Shown in pieces: positions 33,771 through 44,842 of a stretch of 64,000 nucleotides of DNA. The translations under genes and the position numbers were made by a program. The stretch's first letter is position 1. The number at the start of each line of letters is the position of its first letter. The notes beneath the pieces were generated by a model that saw nothing but the letters and a program-made list of their open reading frames with translations, was not told the DNA's origin and did not search any database. The stretch is from an uncultured Gammaproteobacteria bacterium (GTDB taxonomy: Bacteria > Pseudomonadota > Gammaproteobacteria > Xanthomonadales > Xanthomonadaceae), in assembly GCA_963722915.1 (NCBI GenBank), contig CAVROR010000012.1, forward strand, positions 2,182 to 66,181. Direction: 5' to 3'.

Positions 33771-34490
33771 GTGAGTCGCCGCCGCAACCTCGTGTTCGGC
33801 TGGGCGCTGGCGGTGCTGGCACTGGCCCTGTTCACCGGCCTGGGCACGTGGCAGTCGCGTCGTGCGGTGGAGAAGCAGGCGATGCTCGATGCCGCCGCCG
33901 CGGTGCTCGCCGAGCGCCGCGCCGTCCCGCTGGCTGCGGCTGCGGACCCGGCCAGGGCGCGCGACTACGACTGGAGCGCGGGGACCGGCCGCTTCGATGC
34001 ACGCGGCCCGCTGCTGCTGGACAACCAGCAGCGCGAGGGCCGCGTCGGCGTGCGGGCGTACCGCGTCTTCGTTCCCGATCAGGGCGCGCCGCTGCTGGTC
34101 GACCTGGGCTGGCTGCCGCTGGCGGGTGACCGCGACCTGCCACGCGTGGCGCAGCCGGCGGGCGAACATGAGCTGCGCGGCCTGCTGGCCCCGCCGCCGT
34201 CCACCGGCATTGCCGTCGGCCCCGCGCTGGGCGCGACCGACGACGGCTGGCTGATGACGCGCGTGGACATGCAGGCCATCGCCGCGGAAACCGGGTTGCC
34301 GGTCGCGCTCGCGCCGCGCGTGCTGCGCCTGGACCCCGCGCTGCCGCTGGGCTACACGCGCGACCTGGAACTGCTGCCCAACACGCTGCCGCCTGCCAAG
34401 CACCGCGGCTATGCGGTGCAGTGGTTCGCACTGGCGCTGGCGGTGCTCGCCACCGCCCTGATCCTCACGTTCCGGAAAACGCGCCGATGA
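33771..34490 (+). CDS. SURF1-family cytochrome oxidase biogenesis protein
   Basis: GTG 33771. VSRRRNLVFGWALAVLALALFTGLGTWQSRRAVEKQAMLD...HRGYAVQWFALALAVL. Confidence 0.8.
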   Translation: MSRRRNLVFGWALAVLALALFTGLGTWQSRRAVEKQAMLDAAAAVLAERRAVPLAAAADPARARDYDWSAGTGRFDARGPLLLDNQQREGRVGVRAYRVFVPDQGAPLLVDLGWLPLAGDRDLPRVAQPAGEHELRGLLAPPPSTGIAVGPALGATDDGWLMTRVDMQAIAAETGLPVALAPRVLRLDPALPLGYTRDLELLPNTLPPAKHRGYAVQWFALALAVLATALILTFRKTRR

Positions 34491-35050
34491 CCGTCGACAC
34501 CCGAACCCGCAACCGCAACCGCGGCCTGCTGATCGCCATCTTCGTGATGTTCTTCGGCAGCATGCTGGTGGCCGGGCTGCTGCGTTTCTCCGGCTGGCGC
34601 CCGGCCGGCACCCAGAACCATGGCGAGCTGCTGCAACCACCGGGCGACCTGCGTACGGTGACGCCGCGCCTGGCCGAGGGTGGCGCCTACGAATGGACGC
34701 CGGTCGAGCGCCGCTGGCGGATTGCAGTGGCGCCGCCAGCGGACTGCGGCGCGCCGTGCGATGCGCTGGCGGGGCAGATCGACACCGTCTGGCAGCTGTT
34801 CGGCAAGGACGCCGACGAGGTCGACGTGCTGTGGATCGGCACGCCGCCCGCCACGCTGCCCGACGGCAGCGCATGGCGCGTCGTGCAGCCGGATCCTGCG
34901 CTGCTGGCCGGCCTGCCGCGTGTGCACGATGCGGCCGGCGTGCCGGTATACGTGATCGACCCCAATGGCTTCGTGGTCCTGCGCTACGCTCCCGGCTTCG
35001 ACCCGGCCGGGCTGCGCAAGGACGTGTCCAAGCTGCTCAAGCTGCGCTGA
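34487..35050 (+). CDS. SCO1/SenC-like thioredoxin-fold protein (possible copper chaperone)
   Basis: ATG 34487 overlaps the SURF1 stop. One N-terminal TM segment, CGAPC (CxxxC) motif, a later His and VYVIDPNGFVVLRY, which resembles SCO-family beta strands. Confidence 0.5.
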   Translation: MTVDTRTRNRNRGLLIAIFVMFFGSMLVAGLLRFSGWRPAGTQNHGELLQPPGDLRTVTPRLAEGGAYEWTPVERRWRIAVAPPADCGAPCDALAGQIDTVWQLFGKDADEVDVLWIGTPPATLPDGSAWRVVQPDPALLAGLPRVHDAAGVPVYVIDPNGFVVLRYAPGFDPAGLRKDVSKLLKLR

Positions 35051-35074
35051 TCCGGCGCGCCACCTGCCCTTGCC

Positions 35075-36259
35075 ATGAATACCGCGTTCAAATCCGCCGC
35101 CTGGTCCCGCCACTTCCACCGCATTGCGTGGCTGGCGGTGGCGCTGGCGACCTGCGTGATCCTGTTCGGCGCGTTCGTACGCCTGTCCGATGCCGGCCTG
35201 AGCTGCCCGGACTGGCCGACGTGCTACGGCCGCGCGGCGTGGCCGACCTCGGTGGAGGGAGTGCGCCACGCCACCGCGCTGGACGTGCGGCCCCTGGAGG
35301 TGCACAAGGCGTGGCGCGAGCAGTTCCACCGGCACATCGCCGCGATCCTGGGCGTGCTGGTGCTGGGCCTGGCGCTGCTGGCCGCGCGCAAGCGGCGCTG
35401 GGGCATCGCGCGCATCCTCCTGGCCGCGGGCCTGGTGGCGGCGGCCATCCCGCTGTACATGAAGGGCCAGCACACCGCGGCCGCGTTGCTGGCCATCGCC
35501 GGCGAGGCGCTGCTGCTGGTGTCGGCGCTGCGCTGGAGCAACCTCGACCTGGCGCGGGTCGGCGCGATCACGCTGGCGGTGATCATCTTCCAGGCCCTGC
35601 TGGGCATGTGGACCGTCACCTGGCTGCTCAAGCCGGTGGTGGTGATGGCGCACCTGCTGGGCGGGCTGCTGACGTTTTCGCTGCTGACGTGGATGGCGTG
35701 GCGCGCGACCGACGTACCGATCCGGCTGGCCGAGGCCGGGACGCTCCGGCGCTGGGTGGGCGCGGGCATCGCCGTGCTGGGCGTGCAGATCGCGCTGGGC
35801 GGCTGGACCAGTGCCAACTACGCCGCGCTTGCGTGCGGGGCCGGCGGCTGGGTCGCCGACACCACGCACTGGCTGGACTTCCCCAGGTGCGTCGGGCAGT
35901 GGTGGCCGCCCCATGACTTCCGCGAAGGATTCGTGCTGTGGCGCGGCATCGGCGCGGACTACGAGGGCGGCGTGCTCAGCGGGCAGGCGCGCATCGCCAT
36001 CCAGATGGCGCACCGGATGATGGCGGTGGTCGCCGCGGTCTACCTGCTGGCGCTGGCCGCACGCATGGTCCGCATCCCGGGCCTGCGCGGATGGGCGACG
36101 CTGCTGGGCGTGGCGACGCTGGTGCAGGTCGGCCTGGGCGTGGCCAACGTCAAGCTTTCGCTGCCGCTGGGCGTGGCGGTGGCGCACGTGGCCGGCGCGG
36201 TGGTGCTGCTGTTCGTGCTGGTGACGCTGCTGGCGCGCCTGCGCAGCCCGGAGCATTGA
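35075..36259 (+). CDS. ctaA: heme A synthase (COX15/CtaA)
   Basis: 394-aa polytopic protein with paired Cys ([10 protein letters not shown]) and conserved His residues ([16 protein letters not shown]). Confidence 0.85.
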   Translation: MNTAFKSAAWSRHFHRIAWLAVALATCVILFGAFVRLSDAGLSCPDWPTCYGRAAWPTSVEGVRHATALDVRPLEVHKAWREQFHRHIAAILGVLVLGLALLAARKRRWGIARILLAAGLVAAAIPLYMKGQHTAAALLAIAGEALLLVSALRWSNLDLARVGAITLAVIIFQALLGMWTVTWLLKPVVVMAHLLGGLLTFSLLTWMAWRATDVPIRLAEAGTLRRWVGAGIAVLGVQIALGGWTSANYAALACGAGGWVADTTHWLDFPRCVGQWWPPHDFREGFVLWRGIGADYEGGVLSGQARIAIQMAHRMMAVVAAVYLLALAARMVRIPGLRGWATLLGVATLVQVGLGVANVKLSLPLGVAVAHVAGAVVLLFVLVTLLARLRSPEH

Positions 36260-36264
36260 CGCGC

Positions 36265-37185
36265 ATGCATCCCACCCTGCGACAGTACTTCGACCTGACC
36301 AAGCCGCGCGTGGTGGCGCTGATCGTGTTCACCGCGATCGTCGGCATGTTCCTGGCGGTGCCGGGGCTGCCGCCGCTGCGTGAATCGGTGCTGGGGTTCC
36401 TCGGGATCTGGCTGGCGGCCTCGTCGGCCGCGGCCATCAACCAGCTGCTGGACGCGCGCATCGACGCCAGGATGGCGCGCACCTCGTGGCGGCCGATCGT
36501 GGTCGGGCAGATCACCCCGGCGCGCGCGCTGGCGTTCGCGCTGGTGCTGGCGGCGGTGTCGATGGCCGTGCTGGTGCTGTGGGTCAACCCGCTGACCGCG
36601 CTGCTGACCTTCGCCTCGCTGATCGGCTACGCGGTCATCTACACCGTGTTCCTCAAGCGCGCCACGCCGCAGAACATCGTCATCGGGGGCATCGCCGGCG
36701 CCGCACCGCCACTGCTGGGCTGGGCCGCCGTCACCGGCATGCAGGGCGAGTGGGACTGGGCGCACGCGCTGCTGCTGGTGCTGATCATCTTCGTGTGGAC
36801 GCCGCCGCACTTCTGGGCGCTGGCCATCTTCCGCCGCGACGACTACGCCCGCGCGCTGGTCCCGATGCTGCCGGTGACGCACGGCGTGGCCTACACGCGC
36901 TGGCAGATCCTGCTGTACACGGTGCTGCTGGTGGTGGTCACCGTGCTGCCCTGGGCGGTGGGCATGAGCGGGCTGTTCTACCTGGGCGGCGCGCTGGTGC
37001 TGGGCGCGGTGTTCCTGTGGCATGCGTGGCGGCTGATGGACCCGCCCGACGAGCTGTACGCGATGAAGGTCTTCAACTACTCCATCGTCTACCTGATGGC
37101 ACTGTTCGCGTTCCTGCTGGTCGACCACTGGCTGCTGCCGTGGCTGCAGCCTTCGCCGGCGTTCGAGCTGCGGCCGGTGGCCTGA
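36265..37185 (+). CDS. ctaB: protoheme IX farnesyltransferase (heme O synthase)
   Basis: [27 protein letters not shown]... [19 protein letters not shown]... [11 protein letters not shown]. Confidence 0.9.
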   Translation: MHPTLRQYFDLTKPRVVALIVFTAIVGMFLAVPGLPPLRESVLGFLGIWLAASSAAAINQLLDARIDARMARTSWRPIVVGQITPARALAFALVLAAVSMAVLVLWVNPLTALLTFASLIGYAVIYTVFLKRATPQNIVIGGIAGAAPPLLGWAAVTGMQGEWDWAHALLLVLIIFVWTPPHFWALAIFRRDDYARALVPMLPVTHGVAYTRWQILLYTVLLVVVTVLPWAVGMSGLFYLGGALVLGAVFLWHAWRLMDPPDELYAMKVFNYSIVYLMALFAFLLVDHWLLPWLQPSPAFELRPVA

Positions 37186-37295
37186 CCTGCCCTGCACACC
37201 GGACCGGACCAGACCGGTGCACAGCCCCCGGGTCGAGCGTTTCTGCTTGAACGGGGCGCGCACTCAAGTACTGCGGGCCTCGGCCGATACCGTCC

Positions 37296-38378
37296 ATGAT
37301 GCGATGCATCCGGCGCGCCGCGCCCGGACCGCAGTCCAAGGACCGCCACGTGAGCAGCCAGGCCAAGATACCGCGTCCCGCCCGCGTCGCCTGGCGTGCA
37401 TCGATCGCCTCACCCACGGCCGACTTCCAGCTGGCCATCCTCACCGTGTTCGGGCTGTGCGCCGCGGTGGCGGTGCTGCCCTTCGCCCTGTACCGGTTTA
37501 CCAGCGGCCAGCCGCTGGCGGGCCTCATCGATCTGGGCATCCTGGCATGCCTGCTCTCGGCGGTCGTCTACGGGCACGTGACCGGACGCACCGGCGGCGC
37601 CTGCCTGTTCGCCACCGTCGCCAGCACCACGGGCTGCACGGCGATCGCCCTCACCCTGGGCATCCCGGGCCTGTTCTGGCTCGCCCCGGTGGTGCTGGCC
37701 AATTACCTGCTGGTGGAGCGGCGCATCGCCGCGCTCGCCACGGCGCTGGCGCTGGCGGTGCTGGCCGCGTACCCGCCGCTGTTCGGCTCCGCCGTCAACC
37801 GCGCGTTGTTCGTCACCTCGGTGGCGATGACCAGCCTGTTCGCCTACGTGTTCGCCTACCGCGCGCAGATCCAGCGCGAGGCGCTGGAATCGCTGGCGCA
37901 CCGCGATGCGCTGACCGGCGCGCAGAACCGCCGGGCGCTTGAGGATGCACTGCAGGCGCTGCCCGATGACGAGGCACCGCCGCCGGTGCTGGCGGTGCTG
38001 GACCTGGACGGTTTCAAGGGCATCAACGACGTGCACGGCCACGAGGCCGGCGACCGCGTGCTGCGCGCGTTCTCGGACCTGTGCCGGAAGCTGATCCGCG
38101 ACGAGGACCGCTTCTTCCGGCTGGGCGGGGAGGAGTTCGTCGTGCTGATGCGCGCCACGTCGCTGCATGAGGCCGGCGCATTGAGCGAGCTGCTGCGCGA
38201 AATGGTGATGCTGCGCGTGCGCTGCCGTGGCCAGGCCGTCACGGTGTCGGGCGGACTGGCCGCGCGCGAGTCCGGCGAACCCTGGCCGGCATGGCTGGCC
38301 CGCGCCGACGCGGCGCTGTACCGCGCCAAGCAGGGCGGACGCAACCGCATCGAAGTGGCCGATACCGTCGTCCGGTGA
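37296..38378 (+). CDS. membrane-anchored diguanylate cyclase (GGDEF domain)
   Basis: About 5 N-terminal TM segments, then DALTGAQNRRAL...DLDGFKGINDVHGHEAGD...RLGGEEF. Start uncertain (ATG 37296 or GTG 37350). Confidence 0.8.
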   Translation: MMRCIRRAAPGPQSKDRHVSSQAKIPRPARVAWRASIASPTADFQLAILTVFGLCAAVAVLPFALYRFTSGQPLAGLIDLGILACLLSAVVYGHVTGRTGGACLFATVASTTGCTAIALTLGIPGLFWLAPVVLANYLLVERRIAALATALALAVLAAYPPLFGSAVNRALFVTSVAMTSLFAYVFAYRAQIQREALESLAHRDALTGAQNRRALEDALQALPDDEAPPPVLAVLDLDGFKGINDVHGHEAGDRVLRAFSDLCRKLIRDEDRFFRLGGEEFVVLMRATSLHEAGALSELLREMVMLRVRCRGQAVTVSGGLAARESGEPWPAWLARADAALYRAKQGGRNRIEVADTVVR

Positions 38379-38483
38379 TGGCCGCGCGCGGGCCGCGCAC
38401 GGACCCGGGTCCCTGTTCTTGCGTGCACGCGGTCCGGTGGGCACGCGCGCCTGCGGGCGCCCACCGGCATGCCGCGATCGCGC

Positions 38484-40486
38484 TCAGCGCGCGCCGGGCG
38501 CCGCCCCGTCCAGCAGATGCGCCTGCCAGAACAGCATCGTCGCGGCGGTGAAGTGATCGCTATTGGTCTTCTTGCGGAAACCGTGGCCTTCGTCGTTGAA
38601 CAGCAGGTACCAGACCGGCTGGCCGTTGGCGCGGGTGGCGGCGACGATCTGCTCGGCCTCCGTATACGGCACGCGCGGGTCGTTCCTGCCCTGGGCGACG
38701 AACAGCGGCGCGGTGATGCGGTCGGCGTTGTTGAGCGGCGAGATACGTTCGAACAGTGCTGCGATCTCGGGGATGCGCTCATCCCCGTACTCGGCGCGGC
38801 GCAGGTCGCGGCGGTAGTCCTCGGTGTTCTTCAGGAACGTGCCGAAGTGCGAGATGCCGACGATGTCCACGCCGGCGCGGATGCGCTCGGGATACATCGC
38901 CATCGACGCCAGCACCATGTAGCCGCCATAGCTGCCGCCGTACACGCCCACGCGGTTCGCGTCGAGCTCCGGCTGCCGCGCGATCCAGCCCAGCAGCGCG
39001 CCGATGTCGCGCACCGAGTCCTCGCGCTTCTCGGCGTTGTCCAGCGACAGGTACGTCTTGCCGTAGCCCGACGAGCCGCGCACGTTGGGCACCAGCATAG
39101 CCACGCCCAACTCGTTGGCCAGGAACTGCGCGGTGGGGTTGAAGGTGGGCAGCGACTGCGCTTCCGGCCCGCCGTGGATGTTGATGACCACCGGCAGCTT
39201 CGACCCGGCCGGCACATTGGCCGGGCGGTAGTAGAAGGCGGGAATCGTGCGCGCCGCACCGTCCACCTCATCGAACGTGGGGTAGCGGATCAGCGTGGGC
39301 GCGACGAACGTGGACGCATCCAGCCCCCCGACCTCGCTACGCGTCCACCGCTCCAGTCCGCGCGTGGCCAGGTCGATGACGTACACGTCGCTGGGCGAGG
39401 TGGCAGTGTTGAGCGTGATCGCCAGCCGGGTGCCGTCGGGCGAGAAGCCCAGCCCGCCCATCACGCCGACCGGCAGCTCCGGCAGCGCGACCGTTTCGTG
39501 CCCCGGGATGCGGCGCACGTGCAGCCGCGCGATGCCGTCCTCGTTGGTCACGAACGCCAGGTGGCGGCCGTCGTCGCTGATCTCGAAGCCTTCCACGTCC
39601 CACGGAATATCGCCGCTGAGCACGGTGAGCGCGCCGGTGTCCGGGTCGTGGTGGCGCAGCGTCATGAACTCGCCGCTGCGCCCCTGCACCGGCTCGTCGG
39701 ACACGTAGTAGACGCTGCGTCCGTCCGGTGCGTAGCGGAAATCGCCGAATGCCGCCGTGCCGCCTTCGACCGGGAACAGCTCGAGCTCGCCCGTCGCCAG
39801 GTCAACCTGGCCCGGGTGCGACTCGCTGGCCGACACGTAGCGGCTCACCAGCAGGCGCGTGCCGTCGGGTGCGAAGTCGCGCGCGCTCCAGCTGCCGCCC
39901 GCCGTCACCAGTGGCCGGGCGGTGCCGGACGGGAAGTCCGTCAGCCACACGTCGGTGTCGGTGCCGTTGCGCGCGGTGCTGGAGTAGGCCAGAGGCGCCT
40001 GCCGTCGCGGGCGAACAGCGCGCCCTGGTTGCGCGACGTGCCGTCCGTCAGCAGGCGCACCTCGCGTGTGCCCAGGTCGAACCAGTGCAGCTGCCAGAAC
40101 TCGTTGCCGCCCACGTCCTTGCCGAACACGAACCCGTCCAGCGTGGAGGCATGCGGCGCGGCATCGATGCCGGCGATGGGCTCGGGGTAGAACGTGAGCT
40201 GCTCGCGCATGCCCATCGGCTGGCACACGCGATGGGCCTGGCTGGTCTCGGCAAAGCGCGTGCTGATGAGCAGGCAGCCATCGCCGGTCCAGCCGGCAAA
40301 GCCCGCACCGCGCGTGTTCTGGTAGCGGTTGAGGCGCTCGACCAGCGCCGGCGGGATCGCCGGGATGTTCTCGCTGACGCGGTTGCCGACCGCCTCGCGC
40401 ACCACCGGCGCGGGCGACTGGGCGAAGGCCGGCCACGCGCACGCGGCGGCCAGGGCGGTGACGGTGAAGACGTGGCGCAGCGACAT
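38484..40486 (-). CDS. S9-family serine peptidase (prolyl oligopeptidase/DPP-like), one frameshift near 39995 in this sequence
   Basis: Signal peptide MSLRHVFTVTALAAACAWPAFA and beta-propeller part in ORF 39941..40486. Remainder in ORF 38484..40442, with GGSYGGYM (GxSxGG) and the C-terminal catalytic region. Span 2003 nt. Confidence 0.85.
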
Positions 40487-40662
40487 GAGGCGACTCCCCG
40501 GGTCTGATCGATCCCGGAGCTTAGCGGGGCGGCGCCGCGGGTGCAGGGCGGGGCGCTGCAGGGCCGGACGTCATCCTGTTGCTCCTCATCCCGCGAAAGC
40601 GGGCTCGCGCTTCATTTCGGCGGAGCCGCATATCCATGGACGTAAGCTGCTGAAACAACCTC

Positions 40663-40694
40663 CTTGTCATTCCCGCACTCGCGGGAATGACAAG
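40663..40694 (-). terminator. REP-like 14-bp perfect hairpin just downstream of dnaG (likely terminator)
   Basis: CTTGTCATTCCCGCactcGCGGGAATGACAAG, 12 nt after the dnaG stop. A GTTGTTT tract follows on the minus strand. Confidence 0.5.
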
Positions 40695-40705
40695 CAGCGT
40701 TTGCC

Positions 40706-42440
40706 TCAGGGCGCAGCCAGTCGCCGCGTCAGAAGGTCGCGCAGCTCGGCCTTCTCGCCCGCGTCCAGGCCATGCTCGCGCTGGCGCGCCTGCAGCTCGT
40801 CGATGCGCTGCACGAGGGTCTGCCGCTCCAGTTGCACCACCGCGTCGATGAACTCGGTGCGCAGGACCTCGCCGTCGCCGGGCACGGTCTGCGCGGCGAG
40901 CTTCTGCAGGGCGGCGTGTTCCTCGCGGCCTTCGAAGTGTTCGATCAGCGCGCCGGTGGTGATGTCCGGGCGTGCATCCACCAGTTGCAGCAGGTCCAGC
41001 AGCAGCGGGATGCCCGGCTGGCGCAGGCCGGCGAAGCGGAACGGCGGCAGCAGTTCCAGCGCCAGGGGCGGGTGCTGCAGCAGCAGGGTGATCGCGCTGC
41101 GCACCAGGCTTCGCTTGGGCGCGGGCGCGCCGGTGGGGCGCCGCGCGCGCTGGGCGGGCACATGGGTGTCGGCGCCGGCGCTGCGCGCGCCCACGCCGGT
41201 GAGTTCGGTCAGGCGCTGGCGCATCAGGTCGCCGAACGCGCCGTCGGGGATCTGCGCCAGCAGCGGCTTGGCGCGTTCGGCCAGCCGGCCCTTGCCTTCC
41301 AGCGTGGACAGGTTGACGTCGCTGGCGAGCGTGTCGAACAGGAACTGCGACAGCGGCGTGGCCGCCTGCAGGCGGGTGTTGAAGCCGTCGGCACCCTCGC
41401 TGCGCACGATGGTGTCCGGGTCCTCGCCCTCGGGCAGGAACAGGAAGAACGCCTGGCGCCCGTCCTTCATGCGCGGCAGCACCGACTCCACCGCCTTCCA
41501 CGCCGCGCCGCGGCCCGCGCGGTCGCCGTCGAAGCAGAAGTACACGTCCGGCGCGTTGCGGAACAGCAACTCGGCGTGGTCGGGCGTGGTCGCCGTGCCG
41601 AGGGTCGCCACCGCTGTGTCGACGCCGTGCTGGAACAGCGCGACCACGTCCATGTAGCCCTCGACCACGACCAGCCGTTCGATCCTGCTGTGCGCCTGGC
41701 GCACCTGCCACAGGCCGTAGAGCTCGCGCCCCTTGTGGAACAGCGGCGTCTCGGGCGAGTTGAGGTACTTGGGGCCGTCGTCCTTGCCCAGGACGCGGCC
41801 GCCGAAGGCGATCGTGCGCCCGCGCCGGTCGTGGATCGGGAACATCACCCGGTCGCGGAACTTGTCGTAGACCCGGCCGCTGTCGTTCTTGGAGAACAGG
41901 CCGGCGCGTTCGAGCAGCTGCATCCGGCGCGGGTCGGTGCCCAGCGCGTCGCGCAGCGCATTGAAGCCGTCGGGCGCGTAGCCGATGGCGAACTGCGCGC
42001 GGATCGCCTCGCTCACGCCGCGGCCGTCGAGGTACGCGCGGGCGCGGTCGTTGGCCGCGAGTTGCTTCTGGAAGAACTTCGAAGCCGCCTCGACCGCGTC
42101 ATACAGCCCCTGGCTGTCGGGGTTGGCGTTGCGCTGCTGCGTGTCGCGCGGCACTTCCATGCCCGGCATGGCGCGCCAGCTCCTCGACCGCGTCGAGGAA
42201 CTCGAGGCGGTCGTAGTTCATCAGGAAGCTGATCGCGGTGCCGTGCGCCCCGCAGCCGAAGCAGTGGTAGAACTGCTTGGTCGGCGACACCGTGAACGAC
42301 GGCGAGCGCTCGTCGTGGAACGGGCAGCGCGCCGAGTACTCCTTGCCCTGGCGTTTCAGCGGCACGCGCGCGCCGACCAGCTCGACGATGTCGGTCCGGG
42401 CGAGGAGGTCGTCGATGAAGGCGTCGGGGATGCGGGCCAT
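40706..42440 (-). CDS. dnaG: DNA primase (one frameshift at 42161-42166 in this sequence)
   Basis: Zn-ribbon CPFHDERSPSFTVSPTKQFYHCFGCGAHG in ORF 42099..42440. TOPRIM region (VVVEGYMDVVAL, FDGDRAGRGAA) in ORF 40706..42169. The frames rejoin if one C of GCCCGG is removed. Confidence 0.9.
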
Positions 42441-42482
42441 GCACGCGGCGGCCGCGAGGGCGCCGGGTCGGAAGTCGGGGAA

Positions 42483-43460
42483 CTAGGATGCCACGCCGGC
42501 GGTCGCCACCGTGCCCGAGCCGCACTGCAGGCGAACCTGCTCGACGCGCTGGCGGACGCGTGCGTGCTCGTCAAGCATCGCGGTGATCAGCGCGCCCACC
42601 AGGAACACCACCGCGCAGTAGTACATCCACACCAGCATGACCACCAGGCCGCCGGCTGGGCCGTAAGCGCTGCCCAGGCTCGCCTGGCCCAGATACAGGC
42701 CGATGGCACCGCGCCCGACCACGAACATCGCCGCCGTCAGCGCGCCGCCCACCAGTGCACGCGCGGCGCCGACGGAGCGGTCCGGCAGCCAGCGGTACAT
42801 CGCCGCGAACGCCAAGGTGTAGAGCAGGAACGAGAACAGCGCCACGAACACCGGCAGCAGCGCCGGCAGGTAGGCCACCAGCAGCTGCAGGCCCGCCTGC
42901 GCGGCCATCGACACCACCAGCAGGAAGCCCAGCGCCACGGCCATGCCGAACGACAGCAGGCGCTTGCGCAGGAACGCCAGCACGCCGCCCAGGCGCTTGG
43001 CGTCGCTGCGGAACACGCGGTTGAGCGCGCCCTGCAGCTGCCCGAACACGATGGAGGCGCCCACCAGCAGGGCCAGCGTGCCCATCACCGCCGCCATCGA
43101 GCCGGTGCGCGGCTCGCGATCGGCATTGGTGACGATCAGCCGCGCGGTGGCCTCCACCTCCGCACCCACCAGCTGGCCGACCTGGCGGAAGAACTCCTCC
43201 TGCGCGGCCGGATACAGCGACGTCGTCAGCCACAGCAGCATGGTCACCAGCGGCGCCAGCGACAGCAGCGTGTAGAAGGCCAGCGCCGCGGCCAGGGCGA
43301 GGATGTCGTCGTCGATGAAGCGCTGCACGAACCGCGCCACGCGGCTGGACTGCAACCGGACCTGCAGCGCCTGCAGGCGGGCGAGGGCGCGGTCGGGCGT
43401 GCCGATGGGAAGTTCGGCGGCGTCGGGAGTGCGGTCGGGCGGCGTGGCGTCGGGCGACAT
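42483..43460 (-). CDS. YihY/BrkB-family membrane protein
   Basis: DDILALAAALAFYTLLSLAPLV signature, 6 TM segments. ATG at 43460 (MSPDATPPDRTP). Confidence 0.8.
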   Translation of the reverse strand: MSPDATPPDRTPDAAELPIGTPDRALARLQALQVRLQSSRVARFVQRFIDDDILALAAALAFYTLLSLAPLVTMLLWLTTSLYPAAQEEFFRQVGQLVGAEVEATARLIVTNADREPRTGSMAAVMGTLALLVGASIVFGQLQGALNRVFRSDAKRLGGVLAFLRKRLLSFGMAVALGFLLVVSMAAQAGLQLLVAYLPALLPVFVALFSFLLYTLAFAAMYRWLPDRSVGAARALVGGALTAAMFVVGRGAIGLYLGQASLGSAYGPAGGLVVMLVWMYYCAVVFLVGALITAMLDEHARVRQRVEQVRLQCGSGTVATAGVAS

Positions 43461-43632
43461 GGACGGGCGGGTTCGCTGGGGTATCGGCACGCGGCGTGCC
43501 GGCAGCCAGTGTGGCGCGTCGGCGGTCAGCGCGATGTCGTGACCGCGATGTCCAGCACGGTGTCCAGAGCGATGTCGTGAAGCGGCGACGCCGGGCAGGC
43601 CCGGCGTCGCGTTGCGTCCTTGCGGTGCCGGA

Positions 43633-44079
43633 TCAGCCCGCCAGGCGCTGCTTCAGCAGCACCGACACCTGGCCCATGTCGGCCTGGCCGGCCAGGCGCG
43701 GCTTCAGCACGCCCATCACCTTGCCCATGTCGGCCGGGCCGGCGGCGCCGGTTTCGGCCACGGCGGCGTCGATCGCGGCGCGCAGCTCGGCCTCGCCCAG
43801 CTTGGCCGGCAGGTAGCGCTCCACGACCACGATCTCGGCCTTCTCGATCTCGGCCAGGTCGCCGCGGCCGGCGGCCTCGTACTGGGTGACGGAGTCGCGG
43901 CGCTGCTTGACCATCTTTTCCAGCACGGCCAGCACCTGGGCGTCGTCCAGCTCGACGCGCTCGTCGACCTCCTTCTGCTTGATCGCGGCGTTGGCCAGGC
44001 GGATCACGCCGAGGGAGTGCTTGTCGCCGCTCTTCATCGCGGCCTTCATGTCATCGGTGAGTTGCTGCTTGAGGGACAT
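43633..44079 (-). CDS. GatB/YqeY domain protein
   Basis: MSLKQQLTDDMKAAMKSGDKHSLGVIRLANAAIKQKEVDE..., 148 aa. Confidence 0.85.
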   Translation of the reverse strand: MSLKQQLTDDMKAAMKSGDKHSLGVIRLANAAIKQKEVDERVELDDAQVLAVLEKMVKQRRDSVTQYEAAGRGDLAEIEKAEIVVVERYLPAKLGEAELRAAIDAAVAETGAAGPADMGKVMGVLKPRLAGQADMGQVSVLLKQRLAG

Positions 44080-44276
44080 GGCGGGGTCCTTGGATGGCTG
44101 GGGCGGGGCCGGCCGGATCGGCAGGCGGTCGGGAGTGGGCTGCAGGGGCCGGGAAGGCCACGCGGCTGCAGGCCGGGAAAACGCAAAAAGCCGGCGGCGC
44201 TCACGGCGCGGCCGGCTTTGGCTGTCCTCTGTACAGGACCCGGGCGTGGATGCCGGGCCTCGCACAGCAGGCGCGA

Positions 44277-44492
44277 TCAGTACAGCCGCTGGCGCTTGGT
44301 CACGTCGCGCGAAGAGCGACGGGCCTGACGCTTCACAGCCGCGGCGGCCTTGCGCTTGCGTTCCTGGGTCGGCTTCTCGTAGAACTCGCGCTTGCGGGTC
44401 TCGGCGAGGACGCCGGCCTTCTCACAGGTGCGCTTGAAGCGACGCAGAGCAAACTCGAAAGGCTCGTTTTCGCGGACTTTGACGCTGGGCAT
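44277..44492 (-). CDS. rpsU: 30S ribosomal protein S21
   Basis: [71 protein letters not shown], 71 aa. Confidence 0.95.
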   Translation of the reverse strand: MPSVKVRENEPFEFALRRFKRTCEKAGVLAETRKREFYEKPTQERKRKAAAAVKRQARRSSRDVTKRQRLY

Positions 44493-44842
44493 ACGTGATC
44501 TCGGTTCGGGTGTACGGCCCGGATCCGCCGGGCGAGCCGCGTATGATAGCGGGGTCATTCGGGCGGATGCAAGTTGCGGCCGGATGACGGTTGGGACGTT
44601 CCTGGGCCGGACGCATGGTAGTGGGTCGCAGCCTCGTTCCCAGGTCGCGCCAGCGTTGCCGGCCACGTGGCTTCGCCGGACCCTTTCCCCACCCCCGCTC
44701 CGCGTCCCGGCCCGCGCTTTCACACGTGCGCCATGGCGCGCAAACTGTGTTCCGTCGCCCCGGCGGGAGAGGGGCTAAAGCGCGCGCCCTCCCTGGCGCG
44801 CCTCCAAGCCCCGGTTTCCAGCCCCCAGCCCCCAGCCTCCCC

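Noticed and set aside
40500-40706. Absence of rpoD downstream of dnaG (broken macromolecular-synthesis operon) and rpsU separated from dnaG by yqeY and brkB
   Set aside because: Gene order around rpsU/dnaG/rpoD varies between lineages. Without comparative data this is not evidence of rearrangement.
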